A stretch of DNA of 64,000 nucleotides from positions 1-64,000 of the forward strand of contig NW_020846072.1 in assembly GCF_003704095.1 (NCBI RefSeq), in the 5' to 3' direction. Of the stretch, positions 1-10,852 are shown piece by piece (position 1 is the stretch's first letter; every line of letters begins with the position of its first letter). Source of the DNA: Pocillopora damicornis. Taxonomy: Eukaryota. The notes below the pieces were generated by a model, which saw nothing but the letters and a program-made list of their open reading frames with translations, did not search any database and was not told where the DNA came from. The position numbers and the translations under genes were made by a program.

Positions 1-479
1 AAGGTTACTCAAAAATCTGTCAACCCTATGATGAATGAAGATATTCCCTACAAGCAGAGAGAATAAAGTTATTTTATGAAAAAAATAAAATGTCTCTCAA
101 AATTATTTCAGATAATGAGGGTTGTACCTGCTTAACTAACATCTTTAGTATTTTCTTTCTGTAGTTATTGACCCAGGTTTCATCTTGCAAAAGAGATTTT
201 TGTGCCTCCATCTTCTCTGTGTAGCTGTCTAAGAAATAATATTCAGTTAGCTAAATATCATACCATATCATGAGAATCCTCACAGTAAAGTAATTTTAAG
301 TTGAGTTTAGAAAGTAAAACAGGGTTGCATTTAATTTGGTTTTTCCCTAAAACACTAACTGATAGGTATAGATTCTTTATATCACCATATCAGTTGAAGA
401 GGCTTGAGATCTTGCTGGCCACTTTTAGTATTTGCATTTTTAAAATTGGCCATTGTCATCAATTTTGGTAAAGCAATTG

Positions 480-720
480 ATTGATTTTCCTGGATATATT
501 TGTCTGAATTGCTCAGCCTTCATCAGTCTGTTGGAATGTGAGTGGTCATAGAGTATTAAATTATGTAATTACTAGCTTACTAGCTCAGCGAGGTCCTCCT
601 CCATGGGAGTATAGTGCTGTAAATCTTAAGAAGCTCAAGCCCCTTGTCTTTCTTAAGTGATGGATATCTCCTATTGATCTCTATAGTCTCCTTAACCTTC
701 CTCTTAATGCATGGTGTTGT
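480..720 (-). mobile_element. Penelope-like element (PLE) 3' fragment: GIY-YIG endonuclease C-terminus followed by a decayed minimal hammerhead, inside a NIPSNAP intron
   Basis: The minus strand translates RKVKETIEINRRYPSLKKDKGLELLKIYSTIL (~705-610), matching the PLE endonuclease tail pattern R.IKE.IEI....LN.D.G.EL..IY..LL. About 85 nt downstream lies CTGATGA-AGGCTGAGCAATTCAGAC-AAA-TATATC (526-492). Confidence 0.6.
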
Positions 721-952
721 CCTCCATCATTGTAACTTTCAATTTTGATAAAGTTTTAAGACACTCAGTGGATCATCAACATCATTGCAAGGAACTGAAA
801 AATTATCTGGACAGGCATTCATGGAAATGGGAGAAGAAGCATGGCACATTTAAGAATAACAAAGGGAAATTTAGAAGCAATCCAAATACAAAACTATGTT
901 CATTGCAACCCTTGCAATTAGAGACAAGTGATTTGTGACTAACTAAAATTAC

Positions 953-2093
953 CATATTCCCAAATGTGTGTGACCTCGTTTAGTCCACCAATATCACTTG
1001 TCCAGTAGCCATTCAATTTTGAATTACTGTCAGCCTTTAGATGTATGTAATCATATGTTAACTGCATGAACTCAGCTGCAATACAAGGAAAAAAAGTCAC
1101 TTGTAGAGAAGATATTTTTGTTATCTGTCTTATCTCAAAAACCAGCCACTCTTTGGTAAACTTTAAATCAAAAACAGTAAATGAAAGGGAAGGAGTTTCA
1201 CCACTTGACATGGTAACACAATAAAACTTTAGATATATCCATAGCAATGAAGCCTTAAAAAGCTGATGCATAGGAGGGCCAGTACTCCATTACACACAGT
1301 CAAGTCCATTGTAAAAGCATGTGTCCCACCCAACTGTGACCAAGAGAGTATATAGACCTATTTGCATTTTCTACGCCAGATGAATGATACAGAAAGCGTT
1401 GTAATCAAACACATCATTCACTGAAGCTGAATTTTCGGGTGAATTCACAACTTCTTGACCTCGTGGTAACTGCAAATCAAATGCATATTTCTGAACGCTG
1501 GTGTGAGAATAGCTAAAGATTATACAGGTAATTTTTGGTCCGACAATGGGTCTGAATTAGGATAATTGGGGCTGCACACGCCCACCTAGAATTCCTAGGA
1601 GAAACCTTCCCTCTTTCATCTGGGGAATCAAAACACTTCTACAAATATGGTAACAGCTAATAGAAGAGGATTGATTGTAGGTTGATTTTACCTGGCGTCC
1701 CAGAAGTTTTACACTTTGTGGGTCAGATTTGAAAGGAATGTATTATAGATATCAAAGTACCATTCCCAAAATCAGAGGAAAACCCTTAAGTGCTACCTTC
1801 ACAAAAGGTCAAACTTTGTCCATTAATTCCAATGCCTCTATATTTCCCAGGGTCACCCTTCAAGAATATTGCACATGAGATCATGACGAATTACTTCTTT
1901 CCTTACCAAAAGCTTTAGGTTTCACGTAGTACGTGCGCATCTCGTAAATCTTCGGTGATCCTGTAGCCTGACCTGAGATAGGTGAAGTGGATAGCTTTTG
2001 ACTGTGGAGCCATGTCCCAACAGCGACTTGACGACCTACAGTTTGGCGTAAGCCACACAAACCACGCAAACCTATTCCAATAACAGCAGCCAT
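953..2093 (-). CDS. NIPSNAP3: NIPSNAP3-like mitochondrial protein, first two coding exons (gene continues off the left edge)
   Basis: Exon 1 is 2093-1907 (ATG; MAAVIGIGLRGLCGLRQ.. presequence-like; IYEMRTYYVKPKAF; G|GTAAGG). Exon 2 is 1075-953 (TTGCAG|; AEFMQLTYDYIHLKADSNSKLNGYWTSDIGGLNEVTHIWEY; |GTAATT). Phases agree. YE.R.Y..KP and GYW...GG.N.V.HIW.Y are NIPSNAP motifs. Confidence 0.9.
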
Positions 2094-2308
2094 AATAGGT
2101 TCCAGAGTTCTAACTGAGTTTAAAAAAGCAAACAATAACCATCTAACCAACGAGAAATAAATTTATTAAAACCCTCAGCCAATGTCAGCGGTGATATTTG
2201 CTAGGACGCGGGCTCACGGGTTTCGCTGAAAAGGATTGGGCACAATTTATATAGTGAAAGTTTACCAACATTTTTCATGCCGGTGTTTCGAAGTATTTTG
2301 TTTATAAA
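2094..2308. promoter_or_regulatory. Compact bidirectional promoter/5'UTR region
   Basis: Divergent ATGs at 2093 (-) and 2309 (+). CCAAT (~2179) and inverted ATTGG (~2235) are present, and the interval is locally CpG-rich compared with both gene bodies. Confidence 0.7.
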
Positions 2309-5300
2309 ATGGCTTTGGTTTCTGATCCTGAGACGCAGAAGGCCATTGAAAATGAACTAGAAATTGTGAAGAAGACACTGAGCGAAAAAGTGGAGGGATC
2401 TGAGATTATTTCTTGTCATCCGGTTGCTGTCAATGTTCGAATCACGTAAGAGAATGTTCCTTTTTTACGGTCACAAAAAATTCATTGGGAATAAAAGATG
2501 GGGTCTCTAGGATACTTAGGGTTCAATTGGGGAGTTGCCCAGTTAATACGAGCTCTTACTTGTCTGTCCATCAGGAGAACGAAATTCAAGAATGTAATCG
2601 TCCTGCTTCAATTTCCTGAGCAATATCCTAACCATGGCATTCTAGTAGAACTGAAAAGCAAAACTTTGCCCCCAAGGCTGTTGTCTAAAATGATGGAACT
2701 TTGTGATCAGGAGGCTAAGAAATTCTTGGGTAAGCCTCAGGTAAGTGGTGTTGTCTCCAGCCAGCATTTAGTTTTGGAAGATTACCACACGAGTGTTTGG
2801 AAGATTATCACACGAGTGTTTGGAACCTTGATCTTACCAACATTGTATATGTAGTATTAAGTCACTTTCCTGGTTTTTGTTGAAATTTTAATTTAAATTT
2901 TTGGGGAAGGGATATTTAGTTAGACATATTTTACATTAAAGGAAAAATAGAATTCCTTCCAATAATTCAGAACAAACCATAAATATTCAATTTTTTCAAA
3001 CATTAGCTGCAATCAGTAAGAAGCATGGTCAACAGGATAAAGGGAATCAAATTATCATCGAATGCTTACAGCTGTAGATGATAACTTCAGTAAAAATGTG
3101 TTTGTTTCCTTTTTTATGCGTGATAGGAAAATATTTGCATGTCTGCAAGCTGTCTGTGTGTTTAAAGAAGAGCTGCATGTCAAGTGCTTTGTCCCTCGCT
3201 ATTGCTTTGCATGCAAAAATTAAATTGTTTTCTTGATACTGGAGCTTGAGATCTTAAAAAAGTTCTTTGAGCATCTCACTCCTCAATTCTCAATTGCTTC
3301 GATTATCGAGGACCAAGTATCGAGTGAACACTGTGAACTTACATTTGAGCAGTACTGAATATGCAAGGTGAAAACATTTGCTATCATTTCATACATAAAT
3401 GTGTCAGAAATCCTATAATAAATAAATTTATATTGCAGAGACACAACAGACCAAAACAAGAGGAAAATGTGCCATGAGCTGTTAAATAGAAGCCACCACA
3501 GGGTTTATTAGAGCATGCTTTAAGGGCCTTTTAAATATGACAGGGGAGGAAATTCATGAGAAGGGAGCTTATCAGTCAGAATAGGCTACGATTAACAACT
3601 CATTAATGTCTTTGGCTGTAGATATTATTGATTGTAGAGCAAAATTTCTTTCAGGTTATCCCTATGCTTATATTTGTGAGGCGATTTCTTGATGAGAATC
3701 CATTGATTGCATGCTCTGATGAGCTGCAGTATATCAAGTCAAAGTTACTATCAGATAGTGATGAACTGAAAATAAAACAGAAAGCTGGAGTGCTCAACAT
3801 ACATATAAATCAAGACAAGTAAGTAGCGTTTCTCCTTTGAGGCAATTTTAAGGCACACATAGCAAACCAGTCAAACAAGTTTTTTTTACAGTGCAAATTA
3901 ACCAACTATCCAAATATCACAGAAAATTTGTACTGAATAATGTGAAATATGTATACTCCACTTAGTGTATTTGGATTTTAACTGCAAATATTCTACAGTA
4001 GTGTTTTTTTAAAATTATTTACCCCTAGATATTATCTGGATGTGAAGATAACTGTTCCTGATGACTATCACACTTCTGCTATAAAGTATGTGGAATGTTT
4101 CAGTTTGAATAAATTAGCCTCTTGCTGGAATATGTGTATCATTGAGAAGTGAGTCTTACCTTTGTCTTCAATGAGATGGGTCAATTATTGTCAGACTGGG
4201 CTCCAGATATAGTCAATATCCAGGTTCATGCTAGCCTAGTTCATGCCCTAAACTTAAAAACCTCCCTGCATATGTTTGAAACAAAGAAACAAGTCTTAGA
4301 GTAACTTTGTTGGAAATTGTGGGGTAAACACATAGCCCCTCTGCTTATTAAAAACCAGGAAAATCATTTTCTCATGATTTTTTTTTTTACAGGATAGACC
4401 TGAAAGATTCAAACTTTCCTGAGAATTTGGTCAGAGTATTTATTGGTCAAGCTGTAGACATGGCAAGAACATGTGTTGAGGCACCATTGCGACGTAAACC
4501 AAAGTATGTTAAGTCTGACTTAAAAACTGAATTATTAAGCTTTTAATTGTAGAAGATATTGTTTCTTCACAAACTCTCTAAACTTCACTTGGGTACAAAT
4601 TCTAAGATCTTTCTTTTCAAGAAAGATCTTGGAATTTTCAGACTCATTTGTTGTCGGTCAGACCTGTTTTCCAATAGGCATGACTTTTATTTAAATTTAA
4701 GGAACATATACATGTATCTGGTGATGAAAAGTAAAACATTAGTGATGGTAACTTTTCTATCTCCAGAGATCCACCATTTGAACCAAAGCCATCATTGAAG
4801 CTAGTGTGTGATTTCCTAGTTGATCAGTGCGCCAGACCATGTCCTAAGGAGAGATGCCCTATATGTAAAAAAAAAGCTCTCCCTGAAGAACCAAAGGTAA
4901 TCTCAAGATAGGAAGATGTGCACTCTTCAAACTCCAAACTGCATCACTCGCATGCATGAAGCACCATGAAGATGAATGAATTTTTTTCAGAGAGCTTATG
5001 TAGCCCCTTATTTAAGGCTAGCAATACTTGATTACCTGAAGAGTATTACATATTCAAACTTCATTTGCAAGGAATGTTTACATAATTTTCTTTGAAAGTT
5101 CTCCTTCTAAAGATCCACTTTATAGGGAGTGAGATCTATATTGTTTTCCAGGGGAAATGTAACTAACATGTATTTCAAAAGAGTTATTTTACATTTTCAC
5201 CTGTTGGTGTTAGTGCAGTGCTTATTCCAGGTTGCCTCTTGCTGATGGTAAAGATCTGTATCCTTGTGTTATAATAATTAAGCAAAGCATTCTTACTCTT

Positions 5301-6009
5301 CACAGGAAGCTGTTACAGAACCCACAGATCATCAGTATGTTGAGCGTGTTTACTGCAATCATCTATTTCATTATGGATGTCTGGACAAATACATGAAAAC
5401 ACCTCCTTTTCAAGGTAGGATGCCTCTTGTTTGACAAACTTTTAAGAGAAGTAAAGTCATTATTTGACAGCCTACAGTACTGCAGGATTTCTGCACTAGG
5501 GAAAAGTAGGCAGGGCTATTTGATTTGGGATCTCAGCACAACTCTAGCAAACAATTCATGAGGAAAGATTTAGAAGAAATTAAAATGAAAACAGCTGCTC
5601 TGATAATTGTTTTGTTTGACTTAAAGTAATGATTGAGTTTGACATTTTTTTAAGAAGTTCATTAAAACTTGGAAGGGAAACACAGCACATGTTTTTATCC
5701 TCTCAAAGAGATGTTGCAGAGTAGTTTTTCATTGCCAATCCCGCCCCATCAACTAAAAGAACACTTTCTTAGCATCAAATTCAATATATTTTCAAATTCA
5801 CTTCACTCTCTTTTAATGTTCACTTGTTTTTCATGATCGTTCACTAATTTTTTTTTACAGGAGGAAAGAAATGTCCAGCATGTAAACAAGTCATTTATCA
5901 TGATCGTTGGAAAGTAACACCGAAACTTGCAGAAGAAAGATGGGCACATCACGAAGCCAAAAAAAGAGAACTCTCTGAAGTTGTGGACTTCCTAGGAGAC
6001 TGCCTTTGA
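2309..6009 (+). CDS. RWD-RWD-RING-H2 protein, putative E3 ubiquitin ligase, 340 aa, 8 exons
   Basis: Exons 2309-2445, 2575-2740, 3655-3818, 4029-4085, 4393-4503, 4767-4896, 5306-5414 and 5861-6009 are all GT-AG and phase-consistent (1023 nt, ending TGA). RING-H2 ligands: CPIC...CNHLFHYGC...CPAC. RWD-like turns: LQFPEQYPNHGILVEL and ITVPDDYHTSAIKIDL. Confidence 0.88.
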
Positions 6010-6768
6010 CAAAAATTACTGCAATTCTACATGACAAATGCTGAGCAAAATTGTTCCAAGATAACTCAGTGCGGTTCCTCAAGAATGGTCACGGTCGATC
6101 AACTTACAGATACATGTAGAATACGTTAAACCGGTTTCTTCAAAACCCGGTTGACACTAATGGTGGAATAAGCCTATGAAAATGTTTGCGCAGCTATGTC
6201 TATCTTACTTCGAACAAACAAACGCGACCCATAAGCACTATTCTAGTAAGACAACAGAAGCTCAGCTAGGTCAGGTGTTAAGATAGGAATACAGTATCAG
6301 CGGATCTCAGTTATTCTGAAGGTTCAAAAGAATGGGCTATTATGTAACGAAATAAGACTACAGTCCTAAATGTCCAATAGTAAGCATACAGTATAACCAA
6401 GTCTCCCACAACACTAATTCGTTTGAAAAGAATCCCTCTCAGTCCCAAACCGAAAGGACTCAAAATATCTTTGGACAGACAGGCGCTTTCGTTTTTCTCT
6501 CACCTATCCACGCTACTGGGTTTCCGTTTGGTAACGACTTGATGCGCTTTCACCTATCGTCCTCTCTAAAACGCCGTTATGCAGATGAAAGCGGCTGTTT
6601 TCACTTGTCCACACAAAAAATGGAGCTTCTCTCGCAGTTTGCTGTCTTTTCTCGTTCTGTTACTGATCGATACAGGACTTGACGAATGACCTGATGAAAA
6701 TTTCTCATCCTACACGGAGATGAAACTATTAACGGTGTGCGACAGGAATCTTTCCCTCTTCAACGTAG

Positions 6769-7008
6769 GCCCGTTTCTCGAAAGTCACGGTCACTTCACA
6801 GAGCCGGAGTCGTATTTTAAAATCTAAATTTGAAGTAATAGTGGTGCATATCTTAGCTCACAAACCAGTCTCCTAGGTTTTGTTTCCATATAGTTTTATT
6901 TCTTAAAAAAGTTTCAAGACTCTCAAGATCCTAATCCCTAATGTCAACATGGCAAACAGCAAAGAGCTTTTCGGGACCAGTAACAATTGGGACTTTCGAG
7001 AAACGGGC
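6769..7008. mobile_element. MITE with 18-bp terminal inverted repeats
   Basis: GCCCGTTTCTCGAAAGTC at 6769 and its exact complement GACTTTCGAGAAACGGGC ending at 7008; no ORF inside. Confidence 0.75.
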
Positions 7009-8171
7009 TCCGGATATGTCTACATTATTGCGTAAAGAACTTATGCAGTTTTGCCTGAACTTTTAAGCTTCGTAAAATCTGCTCTTCAATCTTTCGCAGC
7101 GTGAATCTGGTACATCATTGCTGAAGTGAAACCGATGTATCTGTATGAGCCAGCTAGGTGTAAAAATTGAAATCTAGTCTAAAGTGCTGTTAATTCGCGA
7201 AGGAAGCATAGTATAATGAATTGAATTATCTTGGACTGGATAAAGTGCGATGAAAGTATTTTACAACAAAAATAAATTACTATACAACTTGGAACTCTTT
7301 CTCGTTTATATATTGAGTTATATGGTTGATTATACGCGAAAGCATTTAAACGTCCTTTGGTTGACAGAAACTTTAGCAGAGCGTACGAAACACACGATGA
7401 CTGGTTGACCAGCCCGAAAAGCGTGTGCTGTAAAGTACTCAGTTATAATATTAGCAATTTTTTTTTCTTATCAAGCATTTAGGAAATATTTGAATTCAAA
7501 GTCCAAGGTTAATCGGGTTCAGCTATCTCGATGAGTTTTCTGATTGTGCCTTTTTGTGCCTAAGTTCCATCTGTGAACATGTCCTCTTCGGGCTATTTAC
7601 CTTACCTTGGACGCACACTAAGTTCTTGTTTTGGCTTTGGCAGTCAAAGAGTCATTGTTTGAACGGAAGCATTGCGTAGGTTGATATTCATTTGTGTACC
7701 ACAGAGTTCGTAGTCGGTTGGTCTGATTTAAAGAGAGAGAGTCAACCAGAGTTACGAAGAGTGGTCGAAGAAAAGCGAGAGAAGTGAATTTGCTGTAAGT
7801 AGAATTTTATCTAAGAAAAAAGATTAAAGAAGACTGATGAAGGACAGGTTATACTCTCCTATCGTAAAGTTGACTTGTGGACAGATGATCAGTTTCCAGT
7901 TTCAGTAACCAGAATTTGAAGTAGAATATTTCAATAATCTTGCGATAAGCTATATTTCAATCATGTTAATTAGGATGATCTGGAGGAATATAAATCGCTC
8001 TGATAAAAGTAAGGCCAGTCTATATTAATATATTTTCGATTCCCTTTAGGCTCGTTTTTAGGTTTATTCTATGTCGAATTCCCGATCAGGAAAACAATTT
8101 TTAATTTTTAATTTAATGCGTTCAGGACCTCTTTCTTTTAAGCTGTCTGAGACTTACACCTTAAATCAAAG

Positions 8172-9052
8172 CTATAACAAAATTCTCGAACGTGATTTGT
8201 TATCACCAGTCCGATTTGAGCACTGATAGGACAGTGTACGCGTCATGCTTGTAATTGGACAGTGTAATAGGACAGTTAAAGGGTCAGTTGACACGTTATA
8301 CCTGTGTAAGTGGACAGAACGTGTCATGTGCGCACGCTGTTGTCTCTTATTTCGCCGAGTTAACTGTTGTTTTTTTCTTATGAAAACGTATACCCGCCTG
8401 ATGTTTAGTTTCTTTCTCAATTTTTTTCATAGTTTTGATTAATTGGTAACAGGACTTCGTTTCGTCCAATTCTGACTGTAGTCATACTCATGATTAACAG
8501 ATCGGACTCCCGCTTAGCGGTTGTCCGATTTTGTTAATCACGAGTATGATTACAGACCGAATTGGACTCCACTCGGTCCTGTTACCATTATTAATCATAA
8601 CCATTACAATTTCCTTAAATATAATTGGTGCATTAGCTGCTTTATTTTTCACTTATCATTCTTTACAGTTGTAATCGGACAGTGTAATCGGACAGTTGGC
8701 TGTAATCGGATAGTTGAAGCAGCCAATCACACTAAGTCCACTCGACTTAATCGACCAATCACAGAACCGATCACAATAACCATAGCAACAACCACTTATC
8801 CAGATAAAAAAAGGAGAATTTCCAAAATGGAGGATTTTTAATTTTAGACATTGTTTTCATCGGAGATGTATGTGATAAATGCATTGGCTTTTTCGAAAAT
8901 TATAGAGGTTATGATTAATTGGTAACGGGACTTCGTGTCGTCCAATTCTGTATGTAATCATACTTGTGATAGACAAATTGTTAAAATTGTTAATCGCTCG
9001 TATGATTACAGACCGAAGTGGACTCCACTCAGTCCTATTACCATTATTAATC
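8172..9052. repeat. Composite repeat containing two copies of a ~160-bp fold-back palindrome (8437-8596, 8913-9052) and GGACAGT(G/T) short repeats
   Basis: Self-complementary arms GATTAA..TGGTAACAGGAC..GTCCAATTC..CATACTC.TGATTAACA.ATCGGAC and GTCCGAT.TGTTAATCA.GAGTATG..GAATTGGAC..GTCCTGTTACCA..TTAATC. The second copy has a central deletion. Confidence 0.85.
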
Positions 9053-9542
9053 CTCCGCACTGAATTTGTGATCGGATAACTCATACGAACAGCACGTAGC
9101 TCGTTTAATTTAGGGGTGGTATTTGATAAGCCCTTTTTTCGAATTATCTGTTCATTCTGTTTTTACGTAACGGTCTTCAAAGGCTATTTTCTCGGTGGAT
9201 ATCTTTTTAAATAAGATTCAAATTCCGTCAATAAGTTCACTATAATTTTTGTATCGCCAATCCTGTTTTGTTTTACCAAAACTTAAATGAGAATGTAAGA
9301 AATTTAAAGTGGAAAGTCATTTTGTAAAGAGTCAGTATTTCGAAGAAAAGTACTTAGTACTCAGAATCCGTTTCAAGTAATTTGCTAGCTCAGTGCGGAA
9401 CGGTGACGACGGTAAAAGATTGACAGCTCAGTAAGTGTCATATTTTTAAGCTGATGACCAACATTTTTCTATAGCGCAGAGCTAGATCCCAGTAAGTAAG
9501 TAGAGTGAAGTTATAAGAAGTAAAGAAAGTTTATAAATGACA

Positions 9543-9830
9543 GCAGTTCACATATAGGATTTTCATGTATTCACAGTCATGGTTTCATAACTTCACGGGC
9601 TTATTACGAACTAACATAATAACAAGCTCCCAGTTGGCTTGTTAGCTCCGAGTTGGTAGAGCACTACACTAGTATCACAGAGATCATGGGTTCAAATCCT
9701 GTACAGGCCTGAATTTGTTTCAGGCCTTATTTTCACTACTGTTTAAGTAGTGTTAATTACTGCGAAGATCGCCTACGTATTCATTTCTTAAACCGCAGTT
9801 CATATATATGATTTTCATATATTCACAGTC
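9543..9830 (+). mobile_element. tRNA-derived SINE-like repeat with terminal direct repeats
   Basis: tRNA-like core at 9636-9709 (acceptor GGCTTGT/ACAGGCC, A box TAGCTC..GTTGGTAGAG, B box GGTTCAAATCC). A ~36-bp direct repeat GCAGTTCA.ATATA.GATTTTCAT.TATTCACAGTC sits at both ends, and a solo copy lies near 36733-36767. Confidence 0.75.
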
Positions 9831-10852
9831 GCACACAGAGTTAATTTTATTTGTTTTTTTTTTCAGCAACGGCTGTTACATCGGTATTACCCAAGATTCT
9901 AATTTTTAAGCTTACTAATCAGTAGAACATTAAAGTGCGTAAACGTAAACCTTATAGAGGCTTTGAGTGATTTTACCACATAGTACCTCCATGCATTATT
10001 TTTTTGTAGATCAAGGAATGTCTCTAAGTTTGGGCACTGAATTTGCTTTTCGTTTTCTTGTTTTTTATCTCCATATTTACCCTTTTTTTACACAACTAAA
10101 AAAAAAATTGAATCTCTGATTTTCCTAAAATAAATCTGTAAATGTGGCAATCTCTCAGATTTATAGAAGCTTCACATATAATTTCCACTACCGACCTCAA
10201 ATTCCTTGTTGCAGCATTGAGGTTTATGCTACCATATTACACCAAGTGCATGCGTAATAAGAAAAGTTGCAGGTAGTCAGTTACAACTTTTGAAACAAGC
10301 AAATGTTATTTACTTTTTCCTGAAAAAGGTAGCATACCGCTAGGTATGCGCAAAGTTGTCGATGTGGCTATGTGCTACACCTTTAGAGGTCACATTTTTA
10401 GATATATGAATTCAAGTTCTAATGTATACTTAGAAAGATTACGTGAAAAGATATCTTGGTTTTAAATGTTTCTATACAAAGTCAAGAAAACATGCTATGA
10501 GATCATGAATATACGCCATTAATAGTTATTAACACTAAGCTCGTGTCTTTTTGCACTTGGTAAAACAATTGGTCTTGATGCAAGAACAACAAGGTTTTCG
10601 TGCAGTGGATTTAGATCATGACGCTAAATTCTATTATACAATACTGTCTCCAGCCCGTTCCAGACCTTTAAGTCGATGAAGATGCGTGGGAACAGCGGTT
10701 GTCACGGAAAAATTCTCTCAATTATCTCCGCTGATCATCATCCCACCAAAACAATTTTGTTTCTTCACTGTGTTTTTATGTTCTATGTCAAAGTAGGATT
10801 AGCCCGTTTTTACCCGTTTTATGCCTCTCTTTGATTTTACCAGTTAATGTTA

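Noticed and set aside
6689-6740. Hammerhead ribozyme (CTGATGA...GAAAC)
   Set aside because: Stem II does not close properly, and no compatible stem III/UH cleavage triplet was found on either side.
8437-9052. CRISPR-like array
   Set aside because: Eukaryotic context, only two long units, no regular repeat-spacer period and no cas genes.
8172-9084. ORFs of 65-106 aa (e.g. MSDFVNHEYDYRPNWTPL)
   Set aside because: They are translations of the palindromic repeat, with no splice or domain support.
9636-9709. Functional tRNA gene (Thr-like)
   Set aside because: The anticodon stem is mispaired, the D arm has an extra base, and it is embedded in a repeat with terminal direct repeats; it is treated as SINE-like.
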